Of a DNA stretch of 64,000 nt, positions 29,849 to 37,763 are shown piece after piece. Numbering within the stretch: position 1 is the first letter of the stretch; each line of letters opens with the position of its first letter. The position numbers and the translations under genes were made by a program. Under the pieces are notes generated by a model. The model made no database searches. It had not been told where the DNA came from and worked only from the letters and a program-made list of their open reading frames with translations. The DNA is from a virus, in the IMG/VR virus record IMGVR_UViG_3300042197_004918, positions 96,001-160,000 of that record; one strand, 5' to 3'.

Positions 29849-29936
29849 GGGCAAGTATCCAAATGGTGAAGGAGACTGACTGTAAATCAGTTGCCATGTG
29901 CTAAACTTACAGGTTCGAGTCCTGTCTTGCCCACCA
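29849..29936 (+). tRNA. tRNA-Tyr(GTA)
   Basis: Loop CTGTAAA, long variable region, CCA. Confidence 0.9.
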
Positions 29937-29978
29937 AACATCAAGCTCCCTTGAATTACACAACCTATGCATGGGTCA

Positions 29979-30132
29979 ACGAAATGGTGTATTAACCGAT
30001 TGGCTCGGTCGGCCTCTGATGTCTTTGATTTAAACAGACTAGCGTTTTCGGCTAGCCTGGCAGAGTGAGATAGATACCGTAGTAGGGCACGAGGCGGAGA
30101 ACATCAGTGAAATCCTCACAAAACCATTTCGT
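29979..30132 (+). ncRNA. unidentified ~154-nt RNA (rod with internal bubble)
   Basis: ACGAAATGGT/ACCATTTCGT closing helix; CTGATGT/ACATCAG inner helix. Confidence 0.5.
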
Positions 30133-30141
30133 AAGTATAAT

Positions 30142-30219
30142 GGCTACGTAGCCCAATTGGAAGGAGGCGTCTCATTTAAAACGAGAACAGTGCAGGTTCG
30201 AGTCCTGTCGTAGCTACCA
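30142..30219 (+). tRNA. tRNA-Leu(TAA), short variable loop
   Basis: Loop TTTAAAA, CCA. Confidence 0.85.
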
Positions 30220-30423
30220 TTTTTGATTTCGGGTGTATATGACACAACGAATTACGTATATTTGTGTCAAAATGTGGAATGGATTGGGCACGAAACTCCG
30301 AATTGCACTGACCAATCACACTCGAATTTTGAATCTATGTTGGGGCACGGTAGGCTCCGATGTAAGTAGAGGTCGCGGGTGGTGCCCTCGGATGGGTTCA
30401 AGTCCCAGACCACCAAATTTCAT

Positions 30424-30498
30424 AGGGATATAGCTCAATGGCGGAGCAACACAATGACATTGTGAAGGTTGCTGGTTCAAGTCCAGTTATCCCTACCA
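30424..30498 (+). tRNA. tRNA-Val(GAC)
   Basis: Loop ATGACAT, CCA. Confidence 0.87.
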
Positions 30499-30582
30499 GA
30501 TTGAAGAAAATTGTGCTAGATTTAAGCGGTAAACGTAACCGGCTCTCCTAAAGGAAGGGAAATTTTAAATCACTTCAACATT

Positions 30583-30741
30583 TTGTAGATGAGCGGTGGA
30601 GAAGTGCCACTAGAACATGAGTAGTGCGTAAATAGGTGTGTGATGTCCCGACAGTGGAATAAACGGAAACGGCCGTAACAACGGTGTAGCCGCCACGACG
30701 TAGAAAATACGCCATGAAGATTAAATTCTTTCCATCTACAA
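30583..30741 (+). ncRNA. unidentified ~160-nt structured RNA
   Basis: TTGTAGATG/CATCTACAA closing helix with several hairpins. Confidence 0.5.
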
Positions 30742-30750
30742 TCCCTTTAT

Positions 30751-30827
30751 GGTCACGTAGCCCAACGGCAGGAGGCGGGAGTCTTAGAAGCTCTACAGTG
30801 GGGGTTCAAATCCCTCCGTGACCACCA
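30751..30827 (+). tRNA. tRNA-Leu(TAG), short variable loop
   Basis: Loop CTTAGAA, CCA. Confidence 0.88.
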
Positions 30828-31248
30828 TTTTGTTTTTTCTTCTCCAGTTTGGTGTTATGGAATGGCAATTAGGACATAGAAGTTTTAAGTTTTGGTTTTG
30901 ATTATTTTTCTTGTTTCCATCCACATGATGAACCTCAAGCGTTATTGGTTCTCCCAACCAATCCGCAGTCGAGCATCGTTCGCATTTTAATCCTCTCTCT
31001 TTAATGAGACAGTTTCTACGAGCGGTTGCGGAAGAATAATCTTCTAAAGATTTCAAAGATTTACCCTTATTCCACAGTTGATGTGAAAAATGACTTATAT
31101 CAAGATTCAATCGTTCAATATGAAGTTTAACGGACCCCTGAGTCCCGCCGGCTTGAACTAATCCAAGATTTTTCAAAACTTGACTATAAGCACGACTTTT
31201 GGAAACAGCAACTTTTAATTCTTCGTCTGAGTATGTTCTTTTTTTCAT
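30793..31248 (-). mobile_element. free-standing HNH homing endonuclease, antisense, ending inside tRNA-Leu(TAG)
   Basis: CERC..LEVHHVDGNKKNN..NLKLLCPNCH; last codons VVTEGFEPPL* are the tRNA antisense. Confidence 0.88.
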
Positions 31249-31304
31249 ATCAATAAATATGAAACGGTAGACGAATAACACAATATTTATGTGTCAACCA
31301 TTTT

Positions 31305-31548
31305 GAAAACGTGAGCGTGATAAAACGCAATGGGAACTAGACCACAACGAACCGGGAAGAAATGAAAGGTCGATAAACTATAGTTCTCATGTCGATTGAG
31401 GCGGTGCGATAATCCGATGGCGAGCGGACGCTCGTTGTGATTGGAAACAATCATACTATGGGGAACTAAGCGGTGATATATCACAAGGCACCCATAGCGC
31501 AGGGCCAGTCTTAGACACATACGGGTCCGAACCCCGTCGTTTTCACCA
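31305..31548 (+). ncRNA. giant (244-nt) tRNA-like RNA
   Basis: Acceptor GAAAACG/CGTTTTC-A-CCA, D-like hairpin, T arm ACGGG-TCCGAAC-CCCGT, ~190-nt structured insert. Confidence 0.65.
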
Positions 31549-31550
31549 TT

Positions 31551-31783
31551 TTGAAGTAGTAGGCTTAGAAGCAGCCATCTTTAATCAGCGAATCGAAACG
31601 CTGGCGACGACGCCTCCGTGCAACACCGACATTACGATTGGATGTTGTGAACGAGGTGATACATAAGAAGATATAGAGAGATAATAGTCTTGTGTATTGC
31701 CGTCCAGTATCTCCGCAGAAAGTAAACGGATACTCCGTAACTGGTAAGGTCCAATTATTCCTTGGCGTAAAAGCAGACTTCAA
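31551..31783 (+). ncRNA. 23S rRNA GTPase-associated-centre (H43/H44) mimic RNA, copy 1
   Basis: TTGAAG/CTTCAA closing helix; GTAGGCTTAGAAGCAGCCATCTTTAA ... GCGTAAAAGCAGAC. Confidence 0.75.
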
Positions 31784-31786
31784 TAT

Positions 31787-31863
31787 CCATCCGTCGCCTA
31801 ACTTGGTATGGCATCTCATTTGGGGTGAGAAATAATCTCGGTTCAAATCCGGGCGGGTGGACC
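31787..31863 (+). tRNA. tRNA-Pro(TGG)
   Basis: C1:G72, loop TTTGGGG. Confidence 0.88.
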
Positions 31864-31864
31864 T

Positions 31865-32132
31865 GATTAGAAGAAAGTAGGCTTAGAAGCAGCCATCTTT
31901 TAAAAAGTGACGAGTGGAAAAAGTATCTGTTGCAACAGAGAAATAAGCGTAACGGGTTTGTCAAGTCCCCGACGTATAACCACAGGGAATATAAATCCAA
32001 AAAACGATGTAAATAGTTACGGTGGGACAAGCAAGGTTGACCAACTAATGTAGAATAACGAGTGTCTAAGGGGTTCTACAAATGACTATTTTACCCTTTA
32101 ACAGTCTTTGGCGTCATAGCATACTTCTAATC
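31865..32132 (+). ncRNA. 23S rRNA GTPase-associated-centre (H43/H44) mimic RNA, copy 2
   Basis: GATTAGAAG/CTTCTAATC closing helix; AAAGTAGGCTTAGAAGCAGCCATCTTTTAAA ... GCGTCATAGCATAC. Confidence 0.75.
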
Positions 32133-32137
32133 TTTAT

Positions 32138-32208
32138 AGCGTGGCTACTGGGTAGTGCGGAAACTCCAAATCTCTGCTTCGTCGGTTCGATTCCGACTCA
32201 CGCTGCCA
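32138..32208 (+). tRNA. tRNA-Trp(CCA), shrunken D arm and extended anticodon stem
   Basis: Loop CTCCAAA, G73, CCA. Confidence 0.75.
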
Positions 32209-32239
32209 GTGGTGTCAGTAACACAAAACTATTGATTAT

Positions 32240-32355
32240 CGCAGTTAGGGCAAAGATACGAGCCGCCACGGTATGGACTGTGGAGGGGTGTGTGAGACGA
32301 GATTTGACGCTGGAATCTATCACTGTTAACAGGTTAAAGTCCTGTAGCTGCGACC
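32240..32355 (+). ncRNA. enlarged (116-nt) tRNA-like RNA
   Basis: Acceptor CGCAGTT/AGCTGCG-A-CC, T arm ACAGG-TTAAAGT-CCTGT, extra hairpins. Confidence 0.55.
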
Positions 32356-32363
32356 TTAATTTT

Positions 32364-32438
32364 CGGGATGTAATGTCAGTGGCAGACGGCCGAGCCTGGA
32401 ACTCGGAGGTCGCAGGTTCGAGTCCTGTCATCCCGACC
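32364..32438 (+). tRNA. tRNA-Pro(TGG) with C33/A37
   Basis: C1:G72, A73, loop CCTGGAA. Confidence 0.78.
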
Positions 32439-32503
32439 GTGTGAGTGTGCATACAGAACTAATCGGGACAAATGCCGAAAAGTAATCCGAGTTCACATAT
32501 AAT

Positions 32504-32575
32504 GGTCTGTTCGTCTATCGGCTAGGACGATGCCCTTTCAAGGCGTAAAGATGGGTTCGATTCCCATACGGACTA
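32504..32575 (+). tRNA. tRNA-Glu(TTC), no encoded CCA
   Basis: Loop CTTTCAA. Confidence 0.9.
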
Positions 32576-32577
32576 CA

Positions 32578-32826
32578 GTTTAACACGGTCGATCTATAGC
32601 GGGTGTAGAAATACATCTGAGGAAGTTCGCGCCACTAAAGCAGTTGATTGGGAGAATCGGCCGAGAGCAGAAATGCCGGTCGCAAAGACAGCCGATTCGT
32701 TAATACCACACAATAAGTGCAAGCCAAACAGAGCCGAGGGTAGTGCTTCCCGTTATGGTAGGCTCGGGTTGGTGCATAGTCAAATTATAGAATAAAACAG
32801 AAGCGCGGCTACATGATATGTTAAAC
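32578..32826 (+). ncRNA. rnpB: RNase P RNA, reduced (~250 nt)
   Basis: P1 GTTTAACA/TGTTAAAC; CR-I GAGGAAGTTCGCGC pairs with CR-V ACAGAAGCGCGGCTA (P4); GTGCAAGCCAAACAG resembles the GAGCAAGGCCAAAUAG element. Confidence 0.8.
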
Positions 32827-32869
32827 CATTTTTGATTGACTTGTCGTTTGAGATGTCCTATCATTTTAT

Positions 32870-33110
32870 TATGAATACTTCATCTATTGCAGAAACTTGT
32901 TCTTTTTGTAAAAACCCGGCTGCAGGATACAATATCATGGGAGATTTTTGCAGTGGACATAAAGAACTGTTTGTCAGAGATTGGACAAAACAGACTTTGT
33001 ATGACCTATTACTTGAATACCCGAATGAACGGGTGGATGGTTTGGTGAAGTTGTTCAATGGATATAAAAACTTCACAACACGCTGGCCCGATGGTAATAT
33101 CGTTGGATGA
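32870..33110 (+). CDS. hypothetical protein
   Basis: ORF from MNTSS, leaderless behind TTGACT..TATCAT. Confidence 0.55.
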
Positions 33111-33619
33111 AGAAATATCAAATGTATCTCAACGTAGGGGATTGGTCTGGTGATGGTCACGAAAAACACGACCGAGTTTTGGTTGAATCCAACCTTCCGG
33201 TTGCCGACGTCCAACAGGCATACAAGGATTCTTGTAAGTTGACCGGAGTTCAACTCAACGGTAATGAAGATTATACCGGTATTAAACGCGATTGGATGGC
33301 CGCTAGAGAAGTCCAGCTTCTCACCGAGTATGAGGAATCAAAAATTACTCCAAAACAATTTGAAGTGTTACAAAAACACGGATTGAAGTCGAAAATGATA
33401 GCCAAGTGGAACGGAGAAGATGATGCCGAAGAAACTGCTGAAGGTGGATATTATATCTACGGTGTCGATGCGTATGTCAAATTTTGGATATGGTTCACAT
33501 CACTCTCCAACAAAAAACTAAAAATTACCGAAATTCCTGACGATGAAAACATCCCCAATATCAACGGATACTGGGATAAAAATCTCAACGCGGGATTTGG
33601 ATATGGAATTTATTCTTAA
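33107..33619 (+). CDS. conserved phage hypothetical protein
   Basis: GDWSGDGHEK ... GYGIY motif. Confidence 0.75.
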   Translation: MKKYQMYLNVGDWSGDGHEKHDRVLVESNLPVADVQQAYKDSCKLTGVQLNGNEDYTGIKRDWMAAREVQLLTEYEESKITPKQFEVLQKHGLKSKMIAKWNGEDDAEETAEGGYYIYGVDAYVKFWIWFTSLSNKKLKITEIPDDENIPNINGYWDKNLNAGFGYGIYS

Positions 33620-33624
33620 CTAAT

Positions 33625-33701
33625 GGTCAAGTGATGTAATTGGAAAACATCGTTTACTCAAAATAAACGTTTTGTGGGTTCAACTCCCATCTTGACTACC
33701 A
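33625..33701 (+). tRNA. tRNA-Leu(CAA), second copy
   Basis: Near-duplicate of 29605-29680; CCA. Confidence 0.88.
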
Positions 33702-34320
33702 ATTTCTTTGCTCGTCGGTAGTTTCGTCCGTTCTCAAGTCCGACCTTTTTAAGAGCTTGGTGGATATTTTCCGAAGATTTTAACGATTCAATCAACTCTT
33801 CATCAGAAACATTTCTTTTGATTTTATTTCTTCCACCATAAGTGGGTGTTATGGAATGACAGTTCGGACACAACAATCTTAGATTTTCACGAGTATTGTT
33901 TCTTCTGTCTCCGTTAATATGGTCTAATTGAAGAGACAGTTTAACCCCATTCCAACTATCAATTCCACACAAACATTTGTCGGATTGTTCAGATGAAATC
34001 AAAGATTTGATAACGTTTTTACTTAAAAGTTCAAATGGAGTTTTGGAAATTCTATCGTCTAAAGATTTCCGAGAAGCTATAACCGCCTTAATTCTATCAT
34101 CGTTTGTAAAAACTTTTCGTCTTGAGTCAAACCCCGAAACGAATCCTCTGCCGGGGGATGATTTACCTGTCAAGGTTTTAGACACCTTTTCGTTTATCTC
34201 CTTTCTCTTATTTTTGGTTGCAAACGACCTAGAACATTTAATAGAACAGAATCGTCCGCTTCCAATAATAATTGAAAAGTCGGAATTACAATTTTCACAA
34301 GATTTTATCACAGAGTTCAT
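33658..34320 (-). mobile_element. free-standing HNH homing endonuclease, antisense, ending inside tRNA-Leu(CAA)
   Basis: CENC..FCSIKC zinc finger; LQLDHINGDRRNNTRENLRLLCPNCH; last codons LVVKMGVEPTKRLF* are the tRNA antisense. Confidence 0.88.
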
Positions 34321-34364
34321 ATAGACATAAATATATCTCTGTAGGTTCAAAAGCAAAAATATTT

Positions 34365-34440
34365 GCGGATGTAGCTCAACTGGCAGAGCGCTTGCCTTCC
34401 AAGCAGGCTGTTGTGGGTTCAACTCCCATCATCCGCTCCA
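34365..34440 (+). tRNA. tRNA-Gly(TCC)
   Basis: Canonical cloverleaf, U73, CCA. Confidence 0.95.
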
Positions 34441-34607
34441 TGAATACTAATCAGAAACGAATTAAACACGAGGAGGATTACATAAACTTCCTCGAAAAAC
34501 GTCTCGGTAGTATGAATTTCAAAAGGAATTCTTCTCCGGAAGAAATTGAAAAAACTGAAGCAAAACTCAAGAAAGCAAAGTTGGTTTTGAGAGTTTTGAA
34601 GAAGTAA
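34440..34607 (+). CDS. 55-aa protein resembling the ValRS C-terminal coiled-coil tRNA-binding arm
   Basis: FLEKRLGSMNFKRNSSPEEIEKTEAKL vs ValRS consensus EKKLSNEGFVAKAPEEVVEKEREKL; ATG shares the A of the tRNA CCA. Confidence 0.55.
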   Translation: MNTNQKRIKHEEDYINFLEKRLGSMNFKRNSSPEEIEKTEAKLKKAKLVLRVLKK

Positions 34608-34610
34608 ATT

Positions 34611-34698
34611 GGACGGTTATCCCGTAGGGGTAGCGGTACGCGCTGTAAACGCGTTGCCTTAACAGGCTCGGGTGGTTCAACTCCATCACCGTCCACCA
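34611..34698 (+). tRNA. tRNA-Tyr(GTA), second copy
   Basis: Loop CTGTAAA, long variable arm, CCA. Confidence 0.88.
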
Positions 34699-34835
34699 TG
34701 AAAAAAATAAATCGCCTAAACGAACCTAAGAAAGATAAAACAAAGGTGAGGGTTCCTCAATGGACTCTGGCACTGATGGTTGCTGGTGTGATAAGTAAGG
34801 ATTCGGTCGTTGAGACATTAAAACAATCAAAGTGA
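34698..34835 (+). CDS. 45-aa hypothetical protein starting at the tRNA CCA
   Basis: CCA-TG junction; MKKINRLNEPKK... Confidence 0.4.
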   Translation: MKKINRLNEPKKDKTKVRVPQWTLALMVAGVISKDSVVETLKQSK

Positions 34836-34866
34836 GACTTTATCTAAGTAGTGACTATTTATAGTT

Positions 34867-35436
34867 ATGAACAGATTCAAGTTTCTTTCGGTATTTCTTT
34901 TAACTTCGTTAATCCTCTTAACGTCGGTATTTTTTACTGGATGTGAGAACGGGTCCGCTCAAACATCGACAAAGTTACCGTCAGCTCCTTCAAAGGTTTA
35001 TACAGCGGATGAGCTGCAAAATTTAATGTTTAAAAACGGTATAAACACCGGAACATTCTTACTTGCCGACAAAAACTACGTATTAACTACAAGGGAGTGG
35101 ATTAGGTCTGACTTTTCCCGTGGTCTGACAGCATTTCAGTTTCAGATGGGGATAGACAAGTGGGTGGCTGAAACAAATGATTGTGATAAATTCGCCACTG
35201 CTGCGACATTTTATGCTAAGTGGCTGAGTCATTCATCCCCGAACAGAAATGTTAGAGCATCCCTCGCTTTTGGTGAACTGCACTATTCGAGGGAGAGTGA
35301 CGGACGTGCCCACGCTATAAATTTCTTCGTAGTTAATGAAGGGGAACTCAAACTCGTGTTCTATGAACCACAAAATCATAAAATCGTGAATTTGACCAAG
35401 GGTGAACAATTTAGTGTATTCTTCTGGAGACTATGA
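34867..35436 (+). CDS. lipoprotein with papain/transglutaminase-like (MOA agglutinin C-terminal) domain
   Basis: Lipobox FTGC; NDCDKFA..HAINFF..YEPQN. Confidence 0.6.
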   Translation: MNRFKFLSVFLLTSLILLTSVFFTGCENGSAQTSTKLPSAPSKVYTADELQNLMFKNGINTGTFLLADKNYVLTTREWIRSDFSRGLTAFQFQMGIDKWVAETNDCDKFATAATFYAKWLSHSSPNRNVRASLAFGELHYSRESDGRAHAINFFVVNEGELKLVFYEPQNHKIVNLTKGEQFSVFFWRL

Positions 35437-35544
35437 AAAAACTCATTTTAATAATCGTATTTTCGTCAGTATTGATGGCCTGTAAGACGGCCGACGTGTT
35501 TCCACCAAGGAACATCCCAAAGCCCCCTGTAGAGTTCTCTAGTA

Positions 35545-35572
35545 TTGACAAATAATCAATCTACTGTATAGT
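35545..35572 (+). promoter_or_regulatory. sigma70-type promoter (leaderless)
   Basis: TTGACA-16-TATAGT; ATG 6 nt downstream. Confidence 0.65.
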
Positions 35573-35578
35573 GTTCTT

Positions 35579-35941
35579 ATGGATGAGAACGAAGTATTGA
35601 ACGAGATTTTTGGTCAGACGCCCTTGTGGAAGGGTAAATATAAAATCAAGTGGTGTGAACTGTGTCGGACTTCCATCATCGTGTGTGAAGAGTGTAAGAA
35701 CAGTTCTTGTAACGGCGGCGGATGTAAGGAGTGTGACGAAGCATTTTCGTCCTTCGCTAAGGCCAAGACAACCATTGAAGAATATCTCACCGAAGAAGAA
35801 ATATACGCATACCACAAAGCGATGTATTTGAAGGAGTTTATACAAACGTCACTCGGTAAGGGTGAAAATGAAATTGACTTTGAACGGATGAATAGAGACG
35901 GTGAACTTTCCGAAGTAACGCGAAAGATGTTTTTGAAGTAA
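35579..35941 (+). CDS. Cys-rich hypothetical protein
   Basis: CELC, CEEC, CNGGGCKEC. Confidence 0.65.
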   Translation: MDENEVLNEIFGQTPLWKGKYKIKWCELCRTSIIVCEECKNSSCNGGGCKECDEAFSSFAKAKTTIEEYLTEEEIYAYHKAMYLKEFIQTSLGKGENEIDFERMNRDGELSEVTRKMFLK

Positions 35942-35947
35942 TTTAAT

Positions 35948-36022
35948 GGGTCTATGGTGAAATTGGACATCATAGGAGTTTCCTAAACTTTTGTTTCCGG
36001 TTCGAGTCCGGATAGACCTACC
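35948..36022 (+). tRNA. tRNA-Arg(CCT)
   Basis: Loop TTCCTAA. Confidence 0.85.
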
Positions 36023-36325
36023 GCGCGGGTTTCGGTTGGGTGCCCCAAAGGACGGGATTAACTCCGTCAGAGGCCCATGTGGTCGAGGGAGTTGATTGAA
36101 ACCAACTCCAAACCGTTTTAATTTTATGAACATGGATCGTATGTTAGATGAAGGTGGTTACACCTTAGACGAAGAGTTATTTATAGCAAATCACTCTTCC
36201 ATAGAAATATGCGAACTGTGTGGTGACTATTTTGCTATTCATCCCGACTACTGTTATGTCGGACGCAATAATTTCGTAGAATTGACCTTTGGAGGACGAT
36301 TCTACTGTCAGAAGTGTAAGTAATT

Positions 36326-36416
36326 GGATGGTAAACCCGAAAGGTTTGGGAACTGCCTCGAAAACAGATTGCTGGGCTTAAAACCCAGTGGGCTTCGATT
36401 GCTCTGCCATCCGCCA
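36326..36416 (+). tRNA. tRNA-Ser(CGA)
   Basis: Loop CTCGAAA, long variable arm, G73, CCA. Confidence 0.82.
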
Positions 36417-36419
36417 GAT

Positions 36420-36686
36420 ATGGAAACAATAAGATTGTGTGCTCGAGTAGTGGACAACGGCGATAAATCCGTTAATTTAGTTGACTTGCTCGTTGGGTCA
36501 AAATTGACAAAGAGCAAACGAGAGGCGAGAGATTTAATCTCTTCGGGTGGAGCTTACATAAACGGCGTCCGAACCACTGAAAATAGAGATATATCTACGG
36601 ATGATTTGATTGGTGATGAAATAGTTCTCCGTAAAGGTAAAAAAACACATTTTGTTCTAAAGTTCTTAAATATAAGAGGTAAGTAA
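36420..36686 (+). CDS. stand-alone S4 RNA-binding domain like the TyrRS C-terminus
   Basis: LVDLLV..KL.KSKREARDLISSGGAYING...IVLRKGKK. Confidence 0.8.
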   Translation: METIRLCARVVDNGDKSVNLVDLLVGSKLTKSKREARDLISSGGAYINGVRTTENRDISTDDLIGDEIVLRKGKKTHFVLKFLNIRGK

Positions 36687-36719
36687 AACCGATAGGTTTG
36701 GTCATTGGAATGCAAAACC

Positions 36720-37454
36720 TCAAGGCGAGGTCGGTGATTGGAAATCACCTGGACGCCCTAAACCAGCGTTGAGATTCGAGTTCTCTACATTCCGCAGTAT
36801 TATTTCCAGATATTTTTCTGAAGTTCTGTCGTTGAAGTGTTTTTGGTCAGAAATATCTATGACTACTAACTTGATGCTGTTTTCCAAACAAGATTTAACT
36901 TTCTTTTTATCATTCTTGACGGTGGAAACCAGTTTATCTTTTCCAAAAATCGGTTTATAATGAAAAATACCGTTCAATTCAAAAGCCAATCTCAAAGAGG
37001 GAATATAAATATCCAACTCGGAGTTTATGTCTTTTCTCTGATTAAATCTAATCTCTAATGTTGGAAAAGTTTTTTTAAGTTTCTCTTCCAAATATTTTTC
37101 AAGTTTAGATCTCCTACAACCACACGATTTTCTAACAAAATGTTCATTATTATACTTTGCTGCACAAGAATTTGAACAGAATTGATTTCCGGTTTTTGAC
37201 CTCTTAATGAGAGAATTCTTTCTATAAAAAGAAAGGTCACACACTTTACACTTCACGATTTTTCCTTTATTTAGAGCAACATTTCTACAATCCGTTCCAC
37301 AGTATTTTAAAATTTTCCTATATCCACATTTCTCCGACCATTTGATGTCGTTTTTCTTTCCGTAAAATTGGGCATGGCAATTTTCACATTCCAACTTTAA
37401 TTTTTCCGTGGATTTGGCAGAAGAAAATTCCTCATCCGTGTAAAGCTTAATCAT
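36720..37454 (-). mobile_element. PD-(D/E)XK (Vsr/DUF559-like) homing endonuclease with zinc fingers
   Basis: ELDIYIPSLRLAFELNGIFHY; CENC, CKVC, FCSNSC. Confidence 0.75.
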
Positions 37455-37500
37455 GTTAATAAATATCAAGGAATTTTCCGAAAACACGGCTTACCGCCTG

Positions 37501-37722
37501 CTACTTCATTATGGAAACCATGTAGTCGCCAGTCAAAGATGGGGTGTAATAACTATTCGTATTTCCACGTTTCTCATATAATGGAATGAAAGTGTTTCCG
37601 TCTTTATCAGTGTAACCTTTCCTTACAAGTCTGTAATATTCTTTATTGACTTGGACGTTGTATGGGTCTGAACATGAGACAAACAATAGGGTGGTGAGGA
37701 CCAAAAAAATCTTTTTCATCAA
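37501..37722 (-). CDS. small lipoprotein
   Basis: Lipobox FVSC. Confidence 0.55.
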   Translation of the reverse strand: MMKKIFLVLTTLLFVSCSDPYNVQVNKEYYRLVRKGYTDKDGNTFIPLYEKRGNTNSYYTPSLTGDYMVSIMK

Positions 37723-37763
37723 AAATAAATATCTCGTTATGATTCTAACACATATTTATAAAC

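Noticed and set aside
30342-30415. tmRNA
   Set aside because: GGGGC start and a T arm/ACCA end are present, but it is only ~75 nt, has no 7-bp G3:U70 acceptor and no tag ORF.
31305-31548. Group I intron in a tRNA
   Set aside because: No recognisable P7/R-S core, and I could not identify exons that rebuild a normal anticodon arm; not fully excluded.
31551-32132. True (fragmented) 23S rRNA gene or host contamination
   Set aside because: Only the ~58-nt H43/H44 domain matches; inserts and flanks are unrelated to rRNA, there are two divergent copies, and both sit among phage tRNAs.
29607-32452. ORF-track ORFs overlapping tRNAs/ncRNAs (29607, 29633, 30233, 31287, 31565, 31755, 32082, 32198)
   Set aside because: Translations of RNA genes or their antisense; no protein motifs.
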